Assembly: GCA_002269645.1 (NCBI GenBank)
Contig: NIVC01002349.1
Location: forward strand, 3,974 to 67,973
DNA from: Macrostomum lignano
Lineage: Eukaryota
Reading direction: 5' to 3'
DNA: 64,000 nt
Part shown: piece after piece, positions 30,904-43,286 of the stretch
Position numbering within the stretch: the stretch's first letter is position 1
Layout of the letters: each line of letters begins with the position of its first letter
The notes under the pieces: model-generated
Told to the model about the DNA's origin: nothing
What the model saw: only the letters and a program-made list of their open reading frames with translations
The model's database searches: none
Made by a program: the position numbers and the translations under genes

Positions 30904-33900
30904 TGGCTAGAGGGGGAGAGAGATACGCTGCATAGATAGGCTTTGCTCAATGATCTGCTGTCGGCTGAAATCTAATGGAACCTACCCTTAGCTTGCTAAT
31001 GTCAAATGAGAAATGGCCGGCGGCCTCTGTCTCATGCACAGCATGCGGCGGTAATGGTGTTTGACACTTGACAGCAAGTCAAGCGTGCAGGGAGGTAAGC
31101 TTAAACAATGTATTAAGCAAGGCAAGCAGTGGCGGTGTGGAGACGCCTGTGAAATATGATAGATGGAGCTGTTGTCAGGGAAGCTGGACTAGCCCAAGAT
31201 TCACAGCATGCCTTGTTAAGGGGGGTTTTGAGTTGCTCAAATAAACACCGCCGCTCTACAAGCGCTCGTCTCTTTTTTAGGACCGATTTGACAGATCACT
31301 TGGGGTGGGGGCAGTCAGTGATCGATCGCCCCGCGTGCTGGTTGCGCGGGAAGAGGGGCACCCTCTCAATGATCAAAGCGCATCAGTTCTGCCGCACTGT
31401 TATGCAGTATGGCTGATTGCTAATGTATAGTTAAATAGAAGCTTCATTGTATATTGGGCCGATGATCAAAGGGGTTGTGCCGCTTCTTACGAGTAGTAGG
31501 GTAATTTTGAGCTACTCATAAATTGAAACCGAGCATTGCACTATACTCGGTAGCTACAGAGCAAATTCTGTTGACAGCTATCTAATCAATAGAAGGTTAA
31601 TATGAAGCGATATTTTTAGCTAATGGCCAAGGTCACGACAGCTTCATATTAGCTGCATTGATTGAATCTTCTATGGTCCAAGATATAGTGAAGAGCACTG
31701 CTGCAACAGTCTTGTATTTGGGGGACTTGGGGAGAGACTTGGATGACGCAACCCGCCAGCTCATTGTTTGGAGAGTGTACGGGCCCGGCTCTATATGAAG
31801 GCATAGGTACGAGTATTGTATTGTATAAGTGATTTCGAATAAATGATTCATCGCATTCGCAACCTGCACATACCTAATTTTGGGGGTATGTAGCGGATAT
31901 GAGTAGAGGCTCAGATCAGTATAGGAAATTATTCAAATCCGCCTCTGAGTGCGCGCGTATCCACCTTTGCATATACTGTATACAACAATGTACATAATGT
32001 TAATGTACGTATACAAGTAGACATAGAAGTAGACAATGTACATATAGAATTGGGAATTGATAGGGTTTATTGTAGTACATAGCAAGACTATAAACTAGAT
32101 AAGTCACTCACAGTCGCCGCCGAAGCGCGAGAACCCTGGGGTTAAGACCATAGACTGTACGAGCTAGCTTCTAAGCTTCTGCTGCTCCCAAGCGTTTTGT
32201 TTGCAGCAGCAGCTAGTGCCTGTGGCTTAAACCCCGGGTTTTCGAGGCCTTAGAGACGGCCGCTAAATAATATAGAATCTGTGGGTTAAGGCGTCACTTC
32301 ATGTGACAAATTTTACAAATTTAACTTTTTTTGAGCTTCCGTGACACTAAGCTTTTTTGTAGGCAAGCATCGCTAAATACACGTAAAAAGCGAGCCTTCA
32401 CAGACTCTGTATTATTCTGTGCTCTATATACTCTATAACTCTATATAGTGGCCTTGTACCAGAGCCCAAGGCACTGCAAACCGCAGGAGTCGCTTAAAAA
32501 CTCGGAGATTTTTTCCAAGAAACTTCAAGCAGGGGCCGCTGCGCCCCCTTGACCTTCTCTGGATGAATCTTCTAATTGCTGTTAAGCAATAATCTCGATG
32601 TCAGTTGGGGCAGCTGCCTGTTCCGCGTTGGCCTGCATCTCCGTTGGCCTGACAATAGTCTTGCTGCTTACCATGACAAAACGTCACGTCAATCAGGTGG
32701 GGGATCTGCATTCGTGCATTGCACAACAGAAGACTGCAGCTACAGCAGAAGCTCTTATGCAAAGACGAGAGGCAGCTCCACCCTAGCAGCTGCGTTCACT
32801 CACTCAGCAACTTCTGCTGCCTGTCTTGATGCACCGTCTGTCAAAGGGGCCGATGGCGCTGCCTACAACGCGCCCTCTCATTATTGACACCCTCGAGTGC
32901 GGCTGGCCCTGACAGGCAGGAGTGGCCTCTCTGTGTCTCCCACTCCACCTAATCCAGATCCTGTCCTGTCAGGGTATAAGCCACTTTTGAATAGAAGAGC
33001 TAGCTAGGACCGGGGCGCGCCTAAAAATGAAGAGGCCCTGTGTGACAGCAACCGATTGGGAGGAAACTTAAGGGATTATATCGCTTTTGCAGGTTGTGGC
33101 GTGCCGTTACACCGACCAGGCGCTAACTCCTCCCACTTCCCCTCTCTCATCTTCCTTCCTAGGCTACAGAAGGACTGGCAGATTGCTAGCGGTCCATCAG
33201 CCCAGCTGCATCTTCCTTCACAGCGTCTCCTCAACACCTCGACAATTCTCGCCGTTGCTTTTGACCACGCAGAGATGGGGGGAGGGTCAGGCTGCCTATT
33301 GATAGATTGCAGCGCCGCAACTATTGATGGAAGCACGAATGACGGCTTGATTGACACCCGGCTTTTGACAACGCTTTTTTATAAGATAGCTTTTTTATAT
33401 GATGAGACGGCGCAGAGACTGCATGACAGTCAGGATCAGGGACTCCTCGTCTGCACGCGATGCCATGCGCCGCAAACAAACACCTCAATGAATGAGGGAA
33501 CCAACAGCTAATTGTTGTTCCCCCCTGGCTTGCTAATGTCGCGGCAGCTGAGGCGTTTGAAATACGCTGATTTTATAGTTTTGGTTTTGGCGCCTATAGG
33601 CAGAGATTTCTTGCTTGTCTGGCAATGAGAGATACGAGTATATTAGATATATGCCAGTGCAAGCAGCAGTAGTCATTCAAAAAGGAAACCCTTTGATGCG
33701 GCACCACTTGTTAGTCAGCCTGCCTCATGAATTCTCATATAGCAAGCAACCAAATCAACCATGTTGATGCGTGGAGTGCTGAGATTCTATCAGCTAATTT
33801 TTTTGGATGAAGTCCTTTTGATGATGAAGCGATGAATTATCCACCCGCGAGAACCTCGGAGAGGCTTGAGCCAAATTTTTAGTTGCTGAATTTTCTTTTT

Positions 33901-34046
33901 GCCCGAGCTTATGCAGAAATTTCGATGACGCGGTGACAAATCGATGCACTCGTGTATTCTGACAGCTCGCAACTCATCAATCAGTCAGTGCTTGTATTCG
34001 CGATTTTGGCTGAAAGATTACTCCTACTAATTCCCACGCTATGGAA

Positions 34047-35588
34047 GGGTGAGATTTCCTCCCCTCAGTCTCATTCAACCCAGGCTGTTTAGGGGTGAGA
34101 TTTCCGTCTCTTAGGCGTGAGATTTCCGCCTCTCAGTTTCATTCTTCTCAGGCTATTAAAGGGTGAGATCTCCACTCTTCAGTCTCATTCTTCTCAGGCT
34201 GTTTAGGGGTGAGATTTCCGTCTCTTAGGGGTGAGATTTCCGCCTCTCAGTTTCATTCTTCTCAGGCTGTTTAGGTGTGAGATTTCCGTCTCTCAGTCTC
34301 ATTCTACCTAATCTGTTTAGGGGTGAGATTTCTGTCTCTCAGTCTCATTCTACCTAATCTGTTTAGGGGTGAGATTTTTGTCTCTCAGTCTCATTCTACC
34401 TAATCTGTTTAGGGGTGAGATTTCCGTCTCTCAGTCTCATTCTACCTAATCTGTTTAGGGGTGAGATTTCCGTCTCTCAGTCTCATTCTGAATAATCTGT
34501 TTAGGGTGAGATTTTTGTCTCTCAGTCTCATTCTACCTAAGCTATTCAGAGGTGAGATTTCCGTCTCTCAGTCTCATTCTGAATAATCTGTTTAGGGGTG
34601 AGATTTCCGACTCTCAGTCTCATTCTACCTAATCTGTTTAGGGGTGAGATTTTTGTCTCTCAGTCTCATTCTGAATAATCTGTTTAGGGGTGAGATTTTT
34701 GTCTCTCAGTCTCATTCTGACTAATCTGTTTAGGGGTGAGATTTTTGTCTCTCAGTCTCATTCTACCTAATCTGTTTAGGGTGAGATTTTTGTCTCTCAG
34801 TCTCATTCTACCTAATCTGTTTAGGGTGAGATTTCCGTCTCTCAGTCTCATTCTACCTAATCTGTTTAGGGGTGAGATTTTTGTCTCTCAGTCTCATTCT
34901 ACCTAATCTGTTTAGGGTGAGATTTCCGTCTCTCAGTCTCATTCTACCTAATCTGTTTAGGGGTGAGATTTTTGTCTTTCAGTCTCATTCTACCTAATCT
35001 GTTTAGGGGTGAGATTTCCGTCTCTCAGTCTCATTCTACCTAATCTGTTTAGGGGTGAGATTTTTGTCTCTCAGTCTCATTCTACCTAATCTGTTTAGGG
35101 TGAGATTTCCGTCTCTCAGTCTCATTCTACCTAATCTGTTTAGGGGTGAGATTTCCGTCTCTCAGTCTCATTCTACCTAATCTGTTTAGGGGTGAGATTT
35201 TTGTCTCTCAGTCTCATTCTACCTAATCTGTTTAGGGTGAGATTTCCGTCTCTCAGTCTCATTCTACCTAATCTGTTTAGGGGTGAGATTTCCGTCTTTC
35301 AGTCTCATTCTACCTAATTTGTTTAGGGGTGAGATTTCCGTCTCTCAGTCTCATTCTACCTAATCTGTTTAGAGGTGAGATTTCCGTCTCTCAGTCTCAT
35401 TCTACCTAATCTGTTTAGGGTGAGATTTCCGTCTCTCAGTCTCATTCTACCTAATCTGTTTAGGGGTGAGATTTCCGTCTCTCAGTCTCATTCTACCTAA
35501 TCTGTTTAGGGGTGAGATTTCCGACTCTCAGTCTCATTCTGACTAATCTGTTTAGGGGTGAGATTTCCGTCTCTCAGTCTCATTCTAC
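34047..35588. repeat. 46-bp minisatellite (~33 copies)
   Basis: Unit GGGGTGAGATTTCCGTCTCTCAGTCTCATTCTACCTAATCTGTTTA; degenerate at the 5' edge. Confidence 0.96.
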
Positions 35589-36153
35589 CCAATGTGTTTT
35601 CCAGTTCTGTGATTAAGGCTTGTGCTGGATAGGTTGCAAGGCCCGAAAACCAGTCAGCTATCATCAGCAGTAAAATTTGGACACCTCGACAGGTCTGTGT
35701 AATAAACAAAAATCAATTCTAACACTTGCATGGTGGTCTATTTGCTCCAGGATAAACAGACAGCAACAGGTTTTGCTAATCCTAGCTGTTGGCGGCGTTG
35801 GTAGAGAGGCTTTGCTTTTTGCTTAATTCTGCCTTATCGCTGACTATAAGATGATAGAAAAACGCCACAGGGGCCGAGACCGAGATGTCTAAACTCGATT
35901 GTCGGACGAATAGCAGTCGGTAACAGAGCGTATCAGGCAGTGTTCAGGTGAGAGGCTTACAGGATCAAAAACGGACACCGCCAAATCTGCTGGTGTCTGC
36001 AGCAGTCGGATCGGCCTGTGGTGATAAAAATTGACTGCAAAATTAAGTGAAAGTCAGGTTAATGCAGACGTTGCATGGGCCGAGTGTGAATTTCAGGAAT
36101 GTGTTGCGTTCACTTCACCATCAGGTTTCAAGGTTTCAAGCAAAAATAGTGAT

Positions 36154-36612
36154 CACTCTGTGAATCGTATCTAGAATCACTCTGTGAATCACACAGAGAA
36201 TCACTCTGTGAATCACACAGAGAATCACTCTGAATCACACAAAGAATTACTCTGTGAATCGTATCGAGAATCACTCTGTGAATCGTATCGAGAATCACTC
36301 TGTGAATCGTATCGAGAATCACTCTGTGAATCGTATCGAGAATCACTCTGTGAATCGTATCGAGAATCACTCTGTGAATCGTATCGAGAATCACTCTGTG
36401 AATCGTATCGAGAATCACTCTGTGAATCGTATCGAGAATCACTCTGTGAATCGTATCGAGAATCACTCTGTGAATCATATCGAGAATCACTCTGTGAATC
36501 ACACAGAGAATCACTCTGTGAATCACACAGAGAATCACTCTGTGAATCATATCGAGAATCACTCTGTGAATCACACAGAGAATCACTCTGTGAATCACAC
36601 AGAGAATCACTC
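36154..36612. repeat. 24-bp minisatellite
   Basis: Unit GAGAATCACTCTGTGAATCGTATC (ACACA variant). Confidence 0.95.
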
Positions 36613-38129
36613 TAGCAGGCAGCTGAGGTGACATTTAAATCAACAGAACGGAAGCTCTCATCCTTGTAATAAAACAATCAAAGAGCACCCCCCCTAAGCC
36701 ACAGCAAAGCAAATCTATGGGAAGTCCTTTCGATACTGCAGCGCAGCATGTGGGAAAAATTTCGGATCGCATTCCCCCTAATAAATCAAGTTCTTAAGGG
36801 GTGGGGGTTTATGGGGGACCATGGCAATGGCAATAATAATTTTTCCTAACTGATTTACAATTCATTCAAAGCAATCTATAAATAAAAAGCCTAGTGGCGG
36901 TGGTGGGCCCATGAGGGAGGGGGGTGCGGCGGTCCGCGCTTGCGAGTCAAAGCTAACAGTTGTCATACATCATAAACCTCGCGGCTTGGGCATTGAAGCA
37001 GAAATTAGCTCTGTTTATTATATACAATAAATATACATAGTTCTACAGTTGCGGTTTGTTCAACAGTACTAAGGCCGGGGGCTATTTGTCAAGACTACAG
37101 CAATTAGCCACCCCTTCTGTCTGTTTGCTTGCGAAGGGTGTTCTGTTCAAGACTTGATAGTTGCAACTGTCAACTATTACAGAAATTGGATTAAAATAGA
37201 TAAACAGAGGCTCGCTTTCGTGGTTGCTGTCCTGTCTTCTCTTTCCCTCTATCTATTTGCAACTCTGTTTGATCATTGCCGCCGCAGTGTTCGCTGGTCT
37301 GTGGGCAAGAGTTGAAATTTAACCAAAAAAATTCTTCACAATAATAATGCTGCTTCTAATCAGCTTTAACGGTTGGGGCTTCGCGCTGTCTGTCTGTCAA
37401 AAATGTGAATATCAATGTGTTTTATCTCCATGTGTGTTGTCTCTCGGCCTCTGTGAACTTGTGGCGGCTAAACCGCCGCGCCCTGTCACTGTCACCCCCC
37501 CCCCTGTGCTGGAGATGACAGGCTGACAGGGCAGAGATACCGAGAGCCGCTTTCAAAGCAGTTTTGACAGGCGGTTTATCAAAAGCCCGACACACCAAAG
37601 CCGCACATCAGCTGGAGGCCGCCTTGAAAACTATAGTAGTCAACTAAGCAGAATTCTCAGCCGTTCTGTCAGAGAGCTGGCAGATAGGATCAGCCCCCCC
37701 CCTAAAGAGATTTCTTCCAGGGTTTGATTTCAGTGCAACGCGTGACAGTTAGTTTAGCCGCGCATTTTGCATTTTGCTTGTTGTGACAGCCAGCAATATT
37801 AGCTACCTCTTATTCTCTTAAAGATACCATGTTTTTCCTGCTTTTCCTATGCATAAGTCATACTGAATAGCGCAATAAAAACCTACTTACGAGTAGGCAA
37901 ATAAAAATGATATATGATCCTAATGCTTACTAACAACTTGTTTACTAAGAATTGGGGTAAATAAGATTTTTATGCCTCCAAATCTGTGGGGTAGGAGAAC
38001 TTGGGAAGCCGGGTGAGTCACTGAAGATTTTTATACAGTTTACACTCGTAAATCCCCTAAACTTGCTTTGAGGCTACCAGGCTCAGTCCCGTCTCTGCAG
38101 GTTAACTGCTAAATTCGGTGGGCCTGAAT

Positions 38130-38335
38130 TGCCCCCCCATTCCCCTGAATTGACCCCCATTCCCCTGAATTGACCCCCATTCCCCTAAATTGACCCCCAT
38201 TTCCCTAAATTGACCCCCCATTCCGCTAAATAGGCTCCCATTCCCCTAAACTGACCCCCATTCCCCTGAACTGACCCCCATTCCACTGAATTGACCCCCA
38301 TTCCACTGAATTGAGTCCCATTCCCCTGAGTTAAC
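38130..38335. repeat. 20-bp C-rich minisatellite
   Basis: Unit CCCCATTCCCCTGAATTGAC. Confidence 0.88.
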
Positions 38336-39214
38336 CCTTCCCCGAATCCCATGAGTTGCCCCCCAGCATGACATGGGCCCGATCCCAGCATCACAACCCC
38401 AACCTCATACATATTTTACATCCTGATCCCAACATTTCTGAACTGCTTCAATCCCGGATGCAAACGAATCGAGCCCCTGTCCGCCTAAGCTTTGTCCTCC
38501 CCCCTCCCAGCTCCATCCATTAAATAATCGGACCATCTTTACAAGGCAGGCCGGATATCCCCCCATCTTGTCTTGTCAAGCGGGAGACAGCACTGGACTC
38601 TCCCAATCCTCCGATGCAGTGCGGTCCCCTGAACCGCCCTGGGCGGGTCATAAGCCGACTTTATAGCCTCAGACTGGCAGAACTAGAATATTATTGCCTC
38701 CCCACTAAGCCAAAGCGCCCCCTCCCAGCACCAACATAAGTTTGCGGCTCAAAATGTTTATACGATCCCCCGCTGACGGGACCGGCCATCGCGAAAACCC
38801 TCGAGTCCGATCGTTCTTCCCCTCCCCCCTCCCCCTTCCGCCCGTGTATTATTAGCTATGTATACACGTTGCTGTGCGATAATATAACTTGAGTTATATA
38901 TTATTATTATTGGCATGCAAATGCTCGCTTTGGTGGGCTCGTGTTTATTGCCCCCCCTCCCAACCCCCGCGAATGCACCAGCGGGAGTCATAAATTGCAT
39001 TTATGCTCCAAGCTATAAGCCAGCCAGCAGCGCGGCTTCTTTGAAGCAGTCAATAATGCATGCGTATGCATACTTGGGAGATGAAGGCTTGCAGTGCAGC
39101 TGAATGTAACACTGAGAGATTAGAATGGCAGTCGGTGATAATGTTGTTCTAAATTGCATGGCTTATTCGAGTGTAAACTTACGAACTAAAAACGAAAGGA
39201 TCCAGAAGGTAACT

Positions 39215-39470
39215 ATAGAGACTTGTCTATGGTTATTTATCTAGAGACTTGTCTATGGGTATTATAGACTTGTCTATGGATATTCTAGAGACTTGTCTCT
39301 GGTTATCTAGAGACTTGTCTATGGTTATCTAGAGACTTGTCTATGGTTATCTAGAGACTTGTCTATGGGTATTATAGACTTGTCTATGGGTATTATAGAC
39401 TTGTCTATGGATATTCTAGAGACTTGTCTATGGTTATCTAGAGACTTGTCTATGGTTATTTATCTAGAGA
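39215..39470. repeat. ~22-bp minisatellite
   Basis: Unit TCTAGAGACTTGTCTATGGTTA. Confidence 0.9.
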
Positions 39471-40418
39471 ATTACCTAGAATACCTTGAATTCACAGTTT
39501 GAATTTACACAATTTGATACACTACAGTATACAAGCAAGTAAAAGTACAATTCAATAAAATAATTTCAGGAATCGGCGGTGCAGCCCCGTCTCGCGTTCT
39601 CGTCGGCTCTTTGAGCCAATAATTCAAAGCGGCCCCGCCTGATGTGTCCGTCTGTCTGTGTGCGTGCGCGGTCCCAGGGCCCGCCTGTCCGCCTGTCTGT
39701 CAGCGGGTCAGCTGTCTGATTGATCGGCGTTGCGTCCTTCGGAGGCGCGGTGCCCTCGCAGATGCGGAATGATGAATTGAGCGTTACTGACTGGCTATCC
39801 CCACCCACAACAACTGCACAGACGGCGCTGCGGCTCATCTAATGGTAGCCGCCAGCCCACCCGCCAATCCAGCTTTTCTTTGTATTTCTTGGCAGTTTTG
39901 CATTTTGCGGCATTTCAAAAAGCAAGCGAACCGCCAGCGCGAAGCAACAGTCCACAGTCAGTTCCTGTGTGCACTGCGCCTGTCTGCGTGTGCCGCGGTG
40001 CCCAAGCCATCCATCACTCACTTCACCCTCCTCTCTCTCTCTCTTTCTCTCTGATATGCCTGCCCGCTTCCGCCACCCTGTCTGTCCGTCTGGTGTTTGC
40101 AGCGTTGAAGCTCCCCCTTGGCTGCTCCTGCCTCCTATCCTATGATGCTATGCTTGGTTGCTGTCGACTCCTGATCACCGGCTTGATTGACCGATCGCTT
40201 GTCATCGGTCGTCCTGCCCGGGCCTCTCTCTCTCTCCCTCTTTTTCCCTCCTGCTCATTACATTTTTTGCTGAATAAATGCTTAATTGGAATGGCCTGCT
40301 ATTGATAGATGGATAGGCAGCTGGATTGGAGGCTGTGAGACCGTTTCGGAATCAGAATTCTGAGAAGGATCTCACAAAATCCCTGCTCAAAATGGAGTTT
40401 CACGAGGGCATTTCTGGG

Positions 40419-41545
40419 GTGTCAGTTTGGTTGATGGTTTCTCAGATGCTGTGGTGTCAGTTTGGTTGATGGTTTCTCAGATTCTGTGGTGTCAGTTTGG
40501 TTGATGGTTTCTCAGATGCTGTGGTGTCAGTTTGGTTGATGGTTTCTCAGATGCTGTGGTGTCAGTTTGGTTGATGGTTTCTCAGATTCTGTGGTGTCAG
40601 TTTGGTTGATGGTTTCTCAGATTCTGTGGTGTCAGTTTGGTTGATGGTTTCTCAGATTCTGTGGTGTCAGTTTGGTTGATGGTTTCTCAGATGCTGTAGT
40701 GTCAGTTTGGTTGATGGTTTCTCAGATGCTGTGGTGTCAGTTTGGTTGATGGTTTCTCAGATTCTGTGGTGTCAGTTTGGTTGATGGTTTCTCAGATGCT
40801 GTGGTGTCAGTTTGGTTGATGGTTTCTCAGATGCTGTGGTGTCAGTTTGGTTGATTGTTTCTCAGATTCTGTGGTGTCAGTTTGGTTGATGGTTTCTCAG
40901 ATTCTGTGGTGTCAGTTTGGTTGATGGTTTCTCAGATTCTGTGGTGTCAGTTTGGTTGATGGTTTCTCAGATTCTGTGGTGTCAGTTTGGTTGATGGTTT
41001 CTCAGATGCTGTGGTGTCAGTTTGGTTGATGGTTTCTCAGATGCTGTGGTGTCAGTTTGGTTGATGGTTTCTCAGATGCTGTGGTGTCAGTTTGGTTGAT
41101 GGTTTCTCAGATGCTGTGGTGTCAGTTTGGTTGATGGTTTCTCAGATTCTGTGGTGTCAGTTTGGTTGATGGTTTCTCAGATGCTGTGGTGTCAGTTTGG
41201 TTGATGGTTTCTCAGATGCTGTGGTGTCAGTTTGGTTGATGGTTTCTCAGATTCTGTGGTGTCAGTTTGGTTGATGGTTTCTCAGATGCTGTGGTGTCAG
41301 TTTGGTTGATGGTTTCTCAGATGCTGTGGTGTCAGTTTGGTTGATGGTTTCTCAGATTCTGTGGTGTCAGTTTGGTTGATGGTTTCTCAGATTCTGTGGT
41401 GTCAGTTTGGTTGATGGTTTCTCAGATTCTGTGGTGTCAGTTTGGTTGATGGTTTCTCAGATGCTGTGGTGTCAGTTTGGTTGATGGCTTCTCAGATGCT
41501 GTGGTGTCAGTTTGGTTGATGGTTTCTGAGATTCTGTGTTGTCAT
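40419..41545. repeat. 35-bp minisatellite (~32 copies, two variants)
   Basis: Unit GTCAGTTTGGTTGATGGTTTCTCAGAT(G/T)CTGTGGT. Confidence 0.96.
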
Positions 41546-43286
41546 CTTGGCCGTTGGGTTCCAAAGCAACCCTGGCGTTATTCCATTCAGATTTAATGCC
41601 GGATTACTCAGCATTCCATGAAAAAAACAGCTTCTGTCTGACAGCCAGCTACCTCTGCTCTCCGCTTGCGTGAGTGGCAGCGCAGCCGGAATCGCGGATG
41701 TCGCGGCGGCTTCGGGTCGCGCACCTTCTTTTCCTTTCACACCTTTCTCCTTCCCCACCCGGCTTCCTCAACCTGGCCAGCGCATCCGCCTTTTCTCCCA
41801 TCCGGCCCCAGCACCACCAGCGTGGAAACAATGGGGGGCGGGCGGCGGCTTGACACCCGCAAAGGCTGCCACGGCACAATGCGTCCAGATAGATTATAGG
41901 CGACGGAAAAACTCCCATTTTCCTCTATACCGGCACAAGCTACTGCCAAAACCCGCCGACTGCAGCAACCAGCGGGACCTGCCAGGGAGAATGAATGGTT
42001 GGGGGAGCGACAAAGAGAAAGGGTGAACTCTCTTTCTCTCTCTCTCTCTCTAGCCAGTCAGCCCAGATGCCTTTCGTCGCCTTTCGTCGCCTCTCCATCG
42101 GTCTCATTTTTGCCGCTGTTCTCTCTAACCAGCCAAGGCCTGATTGTCCTCCCTCTTTCCTCTTGTCTGTTGATTTTTAGCGAGCGTCCTTCCTCACTCG
42201 CATCTCAAACACAGCTGGAATGAGAGGATTAGATTAGCTAAGGTGCGGCAGGTAATTCTCCATGGCTCTCCCTGCCGGTCTCTGTATTGTTGAGATGCAC
42301 AGACACCACACACACAGAATTTTCTGCCTTGAATTTCCCTCAGTTCCCGCCTGCCTCTCACCTCCCGCCTTACCGCTCTTGCGCCGCCGCTGGCGCTGAC
42401 TGACAAGGGTGGGGGGCATGGCTTGGAGGCGGAGAGGCACTGGAGAGAAACGAGAGAAGCAACCCCCCACTCAGCTTTTGATCTTGCCGACAGCTGTCAA
42501 TCAAGCGCAGCAGGCGGGGTTTGTGTCACGCAGAGGGGGGGACAATGCAGGCAGGCGCTGTCACTCTCTCTCTACCCCCTTCTAAGCCCTCCTAAGCCCA
42601 AGCGCTGGGGCAGGCAGGGCTTCCAGAAATGCGTTTATCGCCTCTCGAGAGCCAGGATGATTGGCAGGTCGTCCCCCTCTCTCCTTCACTCAATCCACTC
42701 CAGCGGAGGAGCGGCAGAAGACTTAACAGTAGTTTGCTGTTCTGACGGTATTGACATATGGATGGATTTTGGGGGGGGGGTTGCGGCGGCGGCGGCCGTT
42801 GAATTCGTTTGATGAGGCCCCGATGATGCTGCTTGCCTGAAGAGAATTAAGACCCCCACCCGTCCAACCCAGCCCCGGGGAGGGTTGGCAGGGTGTTCGC
42901 CAAACTGGAGCAAATCTGCCTATTAATGCTCTTTAATACAGGTAAGGAGACAAGAAGATCTCTGCTTCTGGAACTGTCTGGGGCCTGCACGCACACGCCT
43001 CGAACTGGGGGAAGGGCCCATGGTCCAATGCCAGTTGCCCACTGTAATTGCTAAGCTTACTAAGCCAGGTCTTTTCCCATTGGTCGAGGTGGGCTTCAAC
43101 TGACACCGCCTCCCCCCCCTAGCCCCTGTCACGGAGAATTATATTGAAAAGGCTAGGTGGAGAAGGAAGGAGGAGGTTAAGACTAGGATTGACACGGAGA
43201 TCCCTTTGCTTAAACTATATACTGGACTCTCGCGAATTCTGCAGTCAGACAGTGCCATCAGGCGAGATTTAATCAATTAATTAGCA

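Noticed and set aside
34047-41545. CRISPR-like appearance of the 46-bp, 35-bp and 24-bp arrays
   Set aside because: Units are contiguous with no unique spacers, there are no cas genes, and the context is eukaryotic.
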